NCBI GenBank assembly: GCA_963780225.1
Contig: CAWAAX010000026.1
Coordinates: 187,997-251,996, forward strand
Origin: an uncultured bacterium
GTDB taxonomy: Bacteria > Edwardsbacteria > AC1 > EtOH8
Reading direction: 5' to 3'
DNA length: 64,000 nt
A model generated the notes under the pieces. It was given only the letters and a program-made list of their open reading frames with translations. It made no database searches and was not told the origin of the DNA. Shown piece by piece: positions 29,352 to 38,733 of this stretch (position 1 is its first letter; each line of letters opens with the position of its first letter). A program made the position numbers and the translations under genes.

Positions 29352-30413
29352 ATGAGAAAACATATTTTAGCAATCTTTACGGCTTCTCTATTTATAACAC
29401 TTTTAGGTTGCGGGACTTTTCACTCACTTGATAAAGGCCTAATATCTGGAAACCATACAACTCAAAAGGCAGCGGAAGATGACTATTTTAGATTGAGTCA
29501 CGAAGATCAATTTAAATATATAAGTAAAATTACCAATAAATTAAAAAACGAGAGTGACCCCCAAAAGGGATTACAGTTAGTTACGATCATAGCACATTGT
29601 CATTATGCAGACTCTTATCCTTCGGGCGTGTTGTATCAATTTTCAGATCGCATTGATAATGAAAAAATAGTATTAAGGTATAAGAACCCCACAACGTTAT
29701 TGAAAAAAATAGGTTCAAAGGCTACTAATACAATTATTTATGCAGCAACAAAGGGCGATGTAAAAACACGAAGGTGGTCTGCAATGGCTTTAGGTGATAT
29801 TGAATATAATGACCCAAGAAAAACTAAGGCCTTGTTAACTTCGTTTGACGATGAAAACCCTTCCGTTTGTTTTGAAGCGGCTCAATCAGCATGGTTGGCA
29901 AGAAACTTGTGTATGACTGAATTGTATGGGTCGTTCAGAAAAGGAAACATATATGCAGCATATGCTTTATTGGGGACAGATTCTTTAGATGAAGAAATAG
30001 TCGAGATGTTTCATGAAGATTATAAGGGCAGTCAGTCTTTAGGAAATCAAAACATCATCGATGCTTTAGCTTATATTGGTCCAAAAAACGAACAAGAGAT
30101 AAAACTCATAATGCTTGGGTTTAAAGATGGACTGGTGTCAGAAAGGTACATGATAGATAATGCCGATCAGATAATGCCCAACATTATCAAGACTTTGACA
30201 GAAGACGATACAAATCAGAAATTTAAAATTATTAAATTATTGAAAAACCTGGAGCCAACAAAGGCAAAAAATGCCGTTTCATCGGTTATGCCATTGTTAA
30301 AAGACAAGAATCCATACATTGTAATTTCTGCAGCAGAATTTCTTGAAAAGTATGATGTACCGGAGGCCCAAAAGATCGCACAGAAGCACCGTGAAACATT
30401 TAACAAAGAATAG
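29352..30413 (+). CDS. HEAT-repeat lipoprotein
   Basis: LLGC lipobox; D.NP.V...AA helical repeats; very AT-rich. Confidence 0.65.
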   Translation: MRKHILAIFTASLFITLLGCGTFHSLDKGLISGNHTTQKAAEDDYFRLSHEDQFKYISKITNKLKNESDPQKGLQLVTIIAHCHYADSYPSGVLYQFSDRIDNEKIVLRYKNPTTLLKKIGSKATNTIIYAATKGDVKTRRWSAMALGDIEYNDPRKTKALLTSFDDENPSVCFEAAQSAWLARNLCMTELYGSFRKGNIYAAYALLGTDSLDEEIVEMFHEDYKGSQSLGNQNIIDALAYIGPKNEQEIKLIMLGFKDGLVSERYMIDNADQIMPNIIKTLTEDDTNQKFKIIKLLKNLEPTKAKNAVSSVMPLLKDKNPYIVISAAEFLEKYDVPEAQKIAQKHRETFNKE

Positions 30414-30427
30414 TCAATAGAAATACT

Positions 30428-30521
30428 ATGCGCTACAAAGATGCTGGCGTCAACATAGACGCCGGGACCGAATCATGCGCTACAAAGATGCTGGCGTCAA
30501 CATAGACGCCGGGACCGAATC
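30428..30521 (+). repeat. Perfect 47-bp tandem duplication of the purM 5' end
   Basis: ATGCGCTACAAAGATGCTGGCGTCAACATAGACGCCGGGACCGAATC at 30428 and 30475. Confidence 0.95.
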
Positions 30522-31515
30522 GGTCCAACGGATAAAAAAAGTGGTCCGCTCCACCTTCACCAAGAACGTGCTGACGGACATCGGCGGCTTCGGCGCCCTG
30601 TACGACGGCTCGCTCAAGGGCTACCAGCAGCCGGTGCTGGTCTCCTCCTGCGACGGGGTGGGCACCAAGCTCAAGGTGGCCCTGATGGCCAAACAGCACG
30701 GCACGGTGGGCCAGGACCTGGTGAACCACTGCGTCAACGACATTCTGGTCCAGGGGGCCAAGCCGCTGTTCTTCATGGACTACGCCGCCTTCGGACGGCT
30801 GGAGCCGAAGATACTGGAAGCCATCGTCACCGGCTTCGCCAAGGCCTGCAAGCAGAACGGCTGTTCCCTGATCGGCGGCGAGACCGCCGAGATGCCGGGG
30901 ATGTACGCCGTCGGCGACTACGACCTGGCCGGGTTCATAGTGGGCGCGGTGGACAAGAAAAAACTGATCACCGGAAAGACCATCAAGCCCGGGGACGTGG
31001 TGATAGGACTTTCCACCAACGGCCTGCAGACCAACGGCTTTTCCCTGGCCCGGAAGATCCTGTTCGAAAAATGTAATTACAAAGTATCTACACGCCTGCC
31101 GGAGCTTGGCTCTACTGTGGGTGAGGCTTTGCTCAAGGTGCATCCTTCCTTCTTAAAGCCGGTCACCCCGCTGCTGGACAAGGGACTGGTCAAGGGCATG
31201 GCCCACATTACCGGCGGCGGCTTCCTGGACAACATCCCGCGGGTGCTGCCCAAGGACTGCAACGTGGAGATCAAGCTCGGCTCCTGGCCGGTGCTGCCGG
31301 TCTTCGAACTTATGCAAAAGAAGGGCAGGGTGCCGCAGGACGACATGTACCGGACGTTCAACATGGGGATAGGGTTTGTGCTGGTCGTGGCCCAGCCCGA
31401 TGCGGCCGCAGCGCTGAAGAGTTTAAGGGGGTTAAAAGGTTTGAACGGGTTTTCGCCCAAGGCTTACGTGATCGGGCAGGTGGTCAAGGGAAAGAAAAAA
31501 GTTAAGTTGATGTAA
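30475..31515 (+). CDS. purM: Phosphoribosylformylglycinamidine cyclo-ligase
   Basis: YKDAGVNI, DGVGTK, GGETAEMPG, AHITGGG, RTFNMG. Confidence 0.97.
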   Translation: MRYKDAGVNIDAGTESVQRIKKVVRSTFTKNVLTDIGGFGALYDGSLKGYQQPVLVSSCDGVGTKLKVALMAKQHGTVGQDLVNHCVNDILVQGAKPLFFMDYAAFGRLEPKILEAIVTGFAKACKQNGCSLIGGETAEMPGMYAVGDYDLAGFIVGAVDKKKLITGKTIKPGDVVIGLSTNGLQTNGFSLARKILFEKCNYKVSTRLPELGSTVGEALLKVHPSFLKPVTPLLDKGLVKGMAHITGGGFLDNIPRVLPKDCNVEIKLGSWPVLPVFELMQKKGRVPQDDMYRTFNMGIGFVLVVAQPDAAAALKSLRGLKGLNGFSPKAYVIGQVVKGKKKVKLM

Positions 31516-31611
31516 CCCCTCTCCAGCACTTCGAACTGGCAGGCTAAAAGCCATCTCAGTGCAGGCCTCTCCCCTGGTAGGAGAGAGGCAGAATTATGAA
31601 AGAGAGGTTTT

Positions 31612-32457
31612 ATGAAGATCTATCTCAACGAAAAGCACATCAAGGCCGAGAAGGGCGCCAGGGTGGCCGAGCTGGTGAAACAGCACAAGCCCGGGGCCGA
31701 GGTCTGCGTGCTAAACGGCTTTCCCTGTCTCCTGGAACATACGGTGGAGGAGGGCGACCGTCTGGTGCTGATTAAGAAGGGCGAAGTGCCTTCCAAAAAT
31801 GAACTGGAGCATCTGCTGTCCGCCCGGCATACTCCGGGCATGGCCGAGAAACTGAAGAAGGCTTCGGTTGGCCTGGCCGGCTGCGGGGGGCTGGGCTCGA
31901 CCGCGGCCATCGCTCTGGCCCGGGCCGGGGTGGGCCGGCTGATCATCGCCGATTTTGACGTGGTGGAGCCATCGAATCTGAACCGCCAGCAGTATTTCGT
32001 TTCGCATATCGGCCTGCCCAAGGTGGAGGCTCTGAGGGAGATAATCAAGAAGGCCAATCCCTTCACCAAGGTGGAATCCCACCATCTTCGGATAGTGCCC
32101 GAGAACGTGGAATCCCTGTTCGGCAAGTGCGACGTGATCATCGAGGCCTTTGACATGGCGGACCAGAAGCAGATGCTGGTGGAGACGGTGCTGGCAAAAC
32201 TTTCCAAGACGCCCATCGTGATCGGCAGCGGCATGGCGGGTTACGGGGCCAACGACCTGATGAAGACCAGGAAGACAGGAATGCTCTACATCTGCGGGGA
32301 CGAGCGGAGCGAGGCCGGGCCGGGCTTCGGGCTGATGGCCCCCCGGGTGGGGATGGCCGCCTGTATGCAGGCCAACCAGGCGTTGGAGATACTGCTGGGG
32401 CCGGATCCGCGCATCGACCCCTCCCTTGATCCCTCCCCCAATGGGAGAGGGAAATAA
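31612..32457 (+). CDS. thiF: Sulfur-carrier adenylyltransferase (ThiF/MoeB family) with N-terminal ubiquitin-like domain
   Basis: GCGGLGS, DFDVVEPSNLNRQ, EAFD. Confidence 0.85.
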   Translation: MKIYLNEKHIKAEKGARVAELVKQHKPGAEVCVLNGFPCLLEHTVEEGDRLVLIKKGEVPSKNELEHLLSARHTPGMAEKLKKASVGLAGCGGLGSTAAIALARAGVGRLIIADFDVVEPSNLNRQQYFVSHIGLPKVEALREIIKKANPFTKVESHHLRIVPENVESLFGKCDVIIEAFDMADQKQMLVETVLAKLSKTPIVIGSGMAGYGANDLMKTRKTGMLYICGDERSEAGPGFGLMAPRVGMAACMQANQALEILLGPDPRIDPSLDPSPNGRGK

Positions 32458-32470
32458 AAGGATTTAAGAA

Positions 32471-32668
32471 ATGATCAAAGTAAATGGAACGGAGCACCCC
32501 TGGCGGCAGGGGCTGAATATAACAGAGCTGCTGAAGGAAAAGAATTACGTCTATCACGCCATCATCGTGCGGATAAACGAGAAGTTCGTTCCGCCCGAGG
32601 AGTACCAGGCGGCCATGATCAGCGACGGGGACAGCGTGGAGGCGATACATCTGATAACTGGCGGGTAA
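32471..32668 (+). CDS. thiS: Sulfur carrier protein (ThiS/MoaD family)
   Basis: 65 aa, IKVNG start, C-terminal GG. Confidence 0.85.
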   Translation: MIKVNGTEHPWRQGLNITELLKEKNYVYHAIIVRINEKFVPPEEYQAAMISDGDSVEAIHLITGG

Positions 32669-32916
32669 GGCCCAAAGTTTAAATGAAGTAAATGTTATAA
32701 ATGGGGCCAATAAATAAGTACCATTTTTTATTAGGAATCCATGAAGCCACTTGTGGTGAGTGTGTCGAACCATGAATACTAAACTGTGGGAACCCTGATT
32801 GATTCCTGCTTTCCTGGCTTCCTTATAAAATAAATTCGTTTTCCTTAGAGTGCTATGCTTCATATTAAGTGACCTGGTTAATATAAAAGTGGTAAATGTA
32901 TAAAGTTAGTGCGAAG

Positions 32917-33888
32917 ATGCTGGCTGATCAATACGGAAGAAAGATAAATTATCTGCGGGTCTCGGTCACCGACCGCTGCAACCTGCGCTGCCGCTACTGC
33001 ATGCCGCCGGAGGGCGTGCCGCTGAAGGAGCATTCGGAGCTTTTGACCTTCGAGGAGATAGAGACCATCGTCCGGGCCGGGGCGGAGCTGGGCATCGAGA
33101 AGGTGCGGCTGACCGGCGGCGAGCCCCTGCTGCGCAAGGGTTTTTTGGACCTGGTGAAAAAACTGTCGGCCATCCCGGGCATCAAGGACCTGGTCCTGAC
33201 CACAAACGGGGTGCTGCTGGGCCCCATGGCCAAAGATCTGAAGAACGCCGGCATCCTGCGGGTGAACGTCAGCCTGGACACTCTGAAGCCCGAGCGCTTC
33301 AAACAGATGACCGGCAGTGATGACTGGCAGAAGGCTTATGACGGGATATTGGCCGCGCTGGGCGCGAGTTTTCAGCAGGTCAAACTGAACGTGGTGGCCA
33401 TCGCCGGGTACAACCAAGACGAGATCGCAGATTTCGTAACCTTCGTCAAGGACAAGCCCATCGGGCTGCGTTTCATCGAATTCATGCCGGTGGGCAACGC
33501 CTTTTGGGAAAGTTCCAAAATGCTGGGCACAGAAGAGATAAAGAAGCTTATAGCTGAAAGCGTAAAGCTTGTCCCAGTGAATAACAAAAACAGCATAGCC
33601 GACGAGTATCAGATCGAAAACAGTCCGGCCACGGTGGGTTTCATCTCGCCGCTCTCCGATAAATTCTGCAAAAAGTGCAACCGTTTGCGGCTGACCTCGG
33701 ACGGGTTCCTCAAACCCTGCCTGGCCACCAAGACCGAGGTCAACATCCGGGTTCCGGTACGGAGCGGGATGGCCGGGACCGAGCTACGGCGGGTGTTCTA
33801 CGAGGCTCTCCGTTTGAAGCCGTCCTGCCACAAGATGGACCAGGGAGGCGTGGACATTGCGCGGCACATGGCGGAAGTGGGGGGGTGA
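32917..33888 (+). CDS. moaA: GTP 3',8-cyclase
   Basis: YLRVSVTDRCNLRCRYC, RLTGGEP, FC..CNRLRLT, C-terminal GG. Confidence 0.95.
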   Translation: MLADQYGRKINYLRVSVTDRCNLRCRYCMPPEGVPLKEHSELLTFEEIETIVRAGAELGIEKVRLTGGEPLLRKGFLDLVKKLSAIPGIKDLVLTTNGVLLGPMAKDLKNAGILRVNVSLDTLKPERFKQMTGSDDWQKAYDGILAALGASFQQVKLNVVAIAGYNQDEIADFVTFVKDKPIGLRFIEFMPVGNAFWESSKMLGTEEIKKLIAESVKLVPVNNKNSIADEYQIENSPATVGFISPLSDKFCKKCNRLRLTSDGFLKPCLATKTEVNIRVPVRSGMAGTELRRVFYEALRLKPSCHKMDQGGVDIARHMAEVGG

Positions 33889-33893
33889 ACTAA

Positions 33894-34397
33894 ATGCAGA
33901 AGGCAAAAGGCAGAATTAAAAATTCAGGGAAATTGTCCCATGTAAATGCCAAGGGCCAGGCCCGGATGGTCGATGTCACAGAAAAGGCCAAGACTGACCG
34001 GATGGCCCGGGCCTGCGGACAGGTCAAAATGAAACCGGCCACTTTGCAGCTTATCGCCAAGAACCAGCTGGCCAAGGGCGACGTGCTGGGCGTGGCCAGG
34101 ATCGCGGGCATCCAGGCGGCCAAGCGGGCCTTTGAGTTCATTCCTTTATGCCATCCCATTGCGCTGACCCATATCGAAGTGGATTGCCGGATTAACAAGA
34201 AAAGATCGTTGGTCGAGGTCACCAGCACGGTGCGCTGCGCCGACCGGACCGGGGCCGAGATGGAGGCCCTGAGCGCGGTGGCCGCGGCCTGCCTGACCAT
34301 CTACGACATGGCCAAGGCGGTGGAAAAGGGGATGGTGATCGGAGAGATCAGGCTGGTGGAGAAACAAGGGGGAAAATCGGGGCGCTGGGTGCGGTGA
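33894..34397 (+). CDS. moaC: Cyclic pyranopterin monophosphate synthase
   Basis: MVDVTEK, IPLCHP, TGAEMEAL, YDMAK, GGKSG. Confidence 0.95.
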   Translation: MQKAKGRIKNSGKLSHVNAKGQARMVDVTEKAKTDRMARACGQVKMKPATLQLIAKNQLAKGDVLGVARIAGIQAAKRAFEFIPLCHPIALTHIEVDCRINKKRSLVEVTSTVRCADRTGAEMEALSAVAAACLTIYDMAKAVEKGMVIGEIRLVEKQGGKSGRWVR

Positions 34398-34476
34398 ACT
34401 AAAGTCCCCTCTGGCAAGAGGGGATTAGGGCCTGCACTGAGTAGTACTTGTATGATGCTTACGAAGCGGTGTATCC

Positions 34477-34857
34477 ATGAAGGTGTATTACAACTCCAAA
34501 CTAAAAGAGAGAGCCCGCCAGCTTCGCAACCACAGCACCAGGGCCGAGATCCGTCTTTGGCTGCATATCAAAGGTAAAAAGGTGATGGGCTGCGACTTCC
34601 ATCGCCAAAAGCCGATTGGTAATTATATAGCAGATTTTTATAGTCCCAAGGTGCAATTGGTGATTGAAGTGGATGGGTACACCCACACCTTTGAAGAGGT
34701 CATTAAAAAGGATCATAAAAAACAGGGTTATCTTGAGGATCTGGGCATAACGGTTCTGCGGTTCAAGGATGAAGAAGTGATAGAGGATATCGATTCGGTA
34801 TTGAAAAGGATCGAGAAGCATATACTGGAATACACCACTGGTTCCCCTCAGGGATGA
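34477..34857 (+). CDS. DUF559 endonuclease-domain protein
   Basis: ARQLR..ST.AE..LW, FHRQKPIGNYIADFY, IEVDG..H, VLRF. Confidence 0.9.
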   Translation: MKVYYNSKLKERARQLRNHSTRAEIRLWLHIKGKKVMGCDFHRQKPIGNYIADFYSPKVQLVIEVDGYTHTFEEVIKKDHKKQGYLEDLGITVLRFKDEEVIEDIDSVLKRIEKHILEYTTGSPQG

Positions 34858-34958
34858 GGTCTGACACACCCCTCGTTCCCACGGGATTAGGCCTACACAC
34901 CCATAGTTCCCACGGGATCAGGTCTACACACCCCTCGTTCCCCTCTTTTTAGAGGGGA
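34832..34958 (+). repeat. Tandem ~31-bp degenerate repeats (4 units) ending in a hairpin
   Basis: Units start at 34832, 34864, 34895, 34926; consensus ACACACCCCTCGTTCCCACGGGATNAGGTCT. Confidence 0.85.
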
Positions 34959-34975
34959 TGATTGTGCAAAGTAAT

Positions 34976-35413
34976 ATGGGTAAAATAGTTTCCATAAACA
35001 TCAGCCAGAGCAAGGGCGAAAAGAAGACCAGCGTTCAGTCCGCTATGCTCAAAGAGAACCACGGCATCGTGGGCGACGCCCATGCCGGGGACTGGCACCG
35101 CCAGGTCAGCCTTTTGGCCACAGAGAGCGTGGACCAGATGCGGGGCAAGGGGGTTGAGCTGCACCCAGGGGATTTTGCCGAGAACCTCACTATAGAGAAT
35201 ATACAATTAAGTAAATTGAAAATCGGGCAAAGGTTGTTGGTTGGGTCCGAGATCATTTTGGAGATCACCCAGATCGGCAAGGAGTGCCACAACGACTGCG
35301 CCATAAAAAAGCAGGTGGGCGACTGCGTGATGCCGAGGGAGGGCGTGTTTGCGAAGGTCATAAAAGGCGGGGAGATCAAAACCGGAGACAATATAACAAT
35401 TGAAGCTCCATGA
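34976..35413 (+). CDS. MOSC domain protein
   Basis: GDAHAG..HRQVSLL, GDFAEN, TQIGKECH..C, CVMPREGVF. Confidence 0.9.
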   Translation: MGKIVSINISQSKGEKKTSVQSAMLKENHGIVGDAHAGDWHRQVSLLATESVDQMRGKGVELHPGDFAENLTIENIQLSKLKIGQRLLVGSEIILEITQIGKECHNDCAIKKQVGDCVMPREGVFAKVIKGGEIKTGDNITIEAP

Positions 35414-36231
35414 ACGGGAAAAATATGATCGATGACATAGGCGACATTGCCGCTTTTTATAATAACAATCCGGATGCCGAGCACTTTCGTTTGGATCGGC
35501 ACCAACTTGAATTTGATCTTACCCTTCGATATTTGAAAAAATATTTGCCGCCGAAAGGCTCTATCTTGGAGATTGGAGCGGCTACCGGAAGGTATACCAT
35601 TGAACTGGCCAGGCGGGGTTACGACATTACCGCCGTGGACATATCAGAAAAATTGTTTGATAGATGCCGTGTGCTCCTTCAGTCCGAAGGCCTGGAACAT
35701 AAAGTGAAATTCATGGTTGCCGATGCCCGGGACCTGGGCCTGGTCTCTAAAAATGATTTTGATGCCGTTCTGATGATGGGCCCGCTTTACCATTTGGTCT
35801 ACGAAAACGACAGAAAACAGGCATTAAATGAGGCTTTTACCCGCCTGGGAAAAGACGGCCTTATTTTTTCCACCTTCATCAGCCGCTATGGCATTTTTGG
35901 CGAGTTGATGAAAAATGTACCGGAGTGGATCGAAAAAGAATCCGAGGTAAGATCGCTGCTGGAGCTTGGCCGTGACCCGGAGCATTATCCCAAAGGAAAT
36001 TTTCGCGGTTACTTTGCAAACGTATCGGAACTGGCCCCCCTTCACGAGTCCGCCGGGTTTAAAACCCTAATGGTAGCGGGGGTGGAGCCGGGTATTTCTG
36101 CCCAGGACGAGATTTACAATACCCTGGAGGGAAAGCGTAGGGAACTATGGCTGGACCTTCTTTTCCGGACCAGCGCCGAATCTGCCACGGTTGGAGCGTC
36201 AAGACACCTCATATACATCGGGGAAAAATAG
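35410..36231 (+). CDS. Class I SAM-dependent methyltransferase
   Basis: ILEIGAATG, ADARDL, MGPLYHL. Confidence 0.85.
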   Translation: MNGKNMIDDIGDIAAFYNNNPDAEHFRLDRHQLEFDLTLRYLKKYLPPKGSILEIGAATGRYTIELARRGYDITAVDISEKLFDRCRVLLQSEGLEHKVKFMVADARDLGLVSKNDFDAVLMMGPLYHLVYENDRKQALNEAFTRLGKDGLIFSTFISRYGIFGELMKNVPEWIEKESEVRSLLELGRDPEHYPKGNFRGYFANVSELAPLHESAGFKTLMVAGVEPGISAQDEIYNTLEGKRRELWLDLLFRTSAESATVGASRHLIYIGEK

Positions 36232-36236
36232 AATAA

Positions 36237-36731
36237 ATGTCTATCAAACTTGCCATCCTCACGGTCAGCGACAAGGGCTCCAAAGGCCAGCGCACCGACA
36301 CCTCCGGCCCGGCCCTCAAAGCAATGATGGAGCCGCTGGGCGCGGAAGTGGCCGCCTACGAGATCGTGCCGGACGAGCGCTCGCTCATCGCCGATAAGCT
36401 CAAGTACTTTGCGGACACCCTTGGCTGCGACCTGGTGCTGACCACCGGCGGCACCGGCTTTTCGCCCCGGGATGTGACGCCGGAAGCGACTTTGGACGTG
36501 ATCGACCGCCTGGTGCCAGGCATCCCCGAGGCCATCAGGGCCAAAAGCATGCAGATAACCCCCAAGGCCATGCTGTCGCGGGCGGCGGCCGGGATCCGCA
36601 AAAAGACATTGATCATCAACCTTCCCGGCAGCGAGAAGGGGGCGCGGGAGTCGCTGGAGGCGGTGCTCCCGGCGCTGGCGCACGGGATAGAGATCCTGCG
36701 GGGTGCGGGCGGGGAGTGCGGAAGAAACTAA
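36237..36731 (+). CDS. mog: MogA/MoaB molybdopterin adenylyltransferase
   Basis: LTVSD, TTGGTGFSPRDVTPEAT, LSR, NLPGS. Confidence 0.9.
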   Translation: MSIKLAILTVSDKGSKGQRTDTSGPALKAMMEPLGAEVAAYEIVPDERSLIADKLKYFADTLGCDLVLTTGGTGFSPRDVTPEATLDVIDRLVPGIPEAIRAKSMQITPKAMLSRAAAGIRKKTLIINLPGSEKGARESLEAVLPALAHGIEILRGAGGECGRN

Positions 36732-36878
36732 AAACAAAAATATTTTGTTTTTGATTTCTTGCCCTGAGCGGTGTTGAAGGGTTGATTTTCTTCTTGCATT
36801 GGCTTTTATCTTGTGTTAAAGTAAAATAATAGAAACTGTTCAGGCATTATTAGTTTAAGGATGTGTTTATAACCTATA

Positions 36879-37009
36879 TTGCCACGACCTTTAGGTCGTG
36901 GCAGACAATCTTATGAAACTTAAGGGGCTTTAGCCCTAAACATTCGGGGTTAAAACCCCAAAGAGGTATTTTCCCGGATTATACGGCCACGAGCTAAAGC
37001 TCGTGGCAA
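36879..37009. repeat. REPIN/MITE-like palindrome pair
   Basis: TTGCCACGACCTTTAGGTCGTGGC ... GCCACGAGCTAAAGCTCGTGGCAA in inverted orientation, internal GGGCTTTAGCCC. Confidence 0.75.
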
Positions 37010-37096
37010 CGGAACGATAAAAATACATCCGCAGGCGGATTCAGTAAGATATCCCTGAATAGTTACAAATAATATTTTCAACAATTAAGGTGCCGC

Positions 37097-38341
37097 ATGC
37101 CCAAAGACAATTTCTACCCCAAGCACAACAAATGCTCGTTCTGCGGGCGCCCCTCCAGCGAGGTCTCCCAGCTGATAGACAGCGGCGAGGCGGCCATCTG
37201 CAGCGAATGCGTAAGCAAGTGCTCCGAGGTCATCACCCAGGACAAGAAATACAGCGGATTCCCCGCCAAGGAGGACCTGCCCAAGCCGCTGGAGATCAAG
37301 GCGGCGCTGGACGAATACGTGATCGGCCAGGACCGGGCCAAGAAGGCCCTGGCGGTGGCGGTCTACAACCACTACAAGCGGATCCTGTCCTACGGCGGCG
37401 ATTCCGAGGTGGAGCTGGACAAGAGCAACATCCTGGTGATCGGGCCCACCGGCACCGGCAAGACCCTGCTGGCCCAGACCCTGGCCCGGATGCTCAAAGT
37501 TCCCTTCGCCATCGCCGACGCCACCACCCTGACCGAGGCCGGCTACGTGGGCGAGGACGTGGAGAACATCCTGGTCCGGCTGCTGCAGTCGGCCAACTAC
37601 GACCTGAAGCGGACCGAGATCGGGATCATCTACATCGACGAGATGGACAAGGTGGCCCGCAAGTCCGAGGGCCCGTCCATAACCCGGGACGTCTCCGGCG
37701 AGGGGGTGCAGCAGGCCCTGCTGAAGATCCTGGAGGGAACCATGGCCCACGTGCCGCCCCAGGGCGGACGCAAGCACCCGGAACAGCCGCTGCTGCCGGT
37801 CAACACCAAGAACATCCTGTTCATCTGCGGCGGCACCTTCGACGGCCTGGACAAGATCATCAACTCCAGGATTGGCACCAAGACCCTGGGGTTCGGGGCC
37901 GACATCCGGGAGAAGAGCCAGTTGCAGCCCAACGAGCTTTTGGCCAAGGTCCAGCCCGACGATCTTTTGAAATTCGGGCTGATCCCCGAACTGATCGGGC
38001 GGCTGCCGGTGATCTGCTCGCTGGATCCGCTGGACAAGTCATCCATGATGGAGATCCTGACCCGGCCCAAGAACGCTTTGGTCAAGCAGTACCAGACCTA
38101 CTTCGGGATGGAGGGAGTGGAGCTGGAATTTTTGCCCCCGGCGCTGGAGGCCATTTCCGAGGATGCCTTAAAACGCGGCACCGGGGCCCGGGGCCTGCGG
38201 GCGGTGCTGGAGGAGGCCATGCTGGACATCATGTACCACCTGCCTTCCAGCAAGGACATCACCAAGTGCACCATCGGGCGCGAGGTCATAGTCAACCACC
38301 AGGAGCCGGAGTATGTCCGCAAGGAGCAGGACGCGGCCTGA
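37097..38341 (+). CDS. clpX: ATP-dependent Clp protease ATP-binding subunit
   Basis: CSFCG..C..C zinc finger, [29 protein letters not shown] loop. Confidence 0.97.
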   Translation: MPKDNFYPKHNKCSFCGRPSSEVSQLIDSGEAAICSECVSKCSEVITQDKKYSGFPAKEDLPKPLEIKAALDEYVIGQDRAKKALAVAVYNHYKRILSYGGDSEVELDKSNILVIGPTGTGKTLLAQTLARMLKVPFAIADATTLTEAGYVGEDVENILVRLLQSANYDLKRTEIGIIYIDEMDKVARKSEGPSITRDVSGEGVQQALLKILEGTMAHVPPQGGRKHPEQPLLPVNTKNILFICGGTFDGLDKIINSRIGTKTLGFGADIREKSQLQPNELLAKVQPDDLLKFGLIPELIGRLPVICSLDPLDKSSMMEILTRPKNALVKQYQTYFGMEGVELEFLPPALEAISEDALKRGTGARGLRAVLEEAMLDIMYHLPSSKDITKCTIGREVIVNHQEPEYVRKEQDAA

Positions 38342-38433
38342 CCTGGGAGCAGGGAACTGATCTTAGGGGTTTGTGAGGTCACCGGTAAACGGCAAACGTT
38401 AAACTGGAAACAGATATAATAACTGGATATTGC

Positions 38434-38733
38434 ATGGCACGGGAAGAAGAAATCAAAGCAATGATCAAACAGGCCCTGGCCGGATTTTCCGGAAGCCTGC
38501 AGGACCATCAGGTCATTCTGTTCGGCTCCCGGGTAGGCGGAGGGGCCCGCCCCGCTTCCGATTTTGACATCGGGATAAAAGGTGAAAAGCCCCTGGCCTC
38601 AGAAATATTCAGCGACATTGAGGATGCCCTGGAAAGCCTGCCGACCCTTTATAAAATTGAACTGGTCGACCTCAACCGGGTGACGCCGGCTTTTCTGGAA
38701 ATGGCCACCAGCAAAACGGAGGTATTGCTGTGA
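38434..38733 (+). CDS. Minimal nucleotidyltransferase (MNT antitoxin)
   Basis: ILFGSR..G....SDFDIG. Confidence 0.88.
   Translation: MAREEEIKAMIKQALAGFSGSLQDHQVILFGSRVGGGARPASDFDIGIKGEKPLASEIFSDIEDALESLPTLYKIELVDLNRVTPAFLEMATSKTEVLL

Noticed and set aside
32669..32916. Moco or TPP riboswitch upstream of moaA
   Set aside because: No recognisable conserved motifs; AT-rich with short repeats
34832..34958. CRISPR array
   Set aside because: Units are contiguous with no unique spacers, and there are no cas genes
37090..38376. 428-aa alternate-frame ORF over clpX and similar long antisense ORFs over polA, argS, moxR and the omp genes
   Set aside because: Shadow ORFs from high GC3 codon bias; no recognisable motifs
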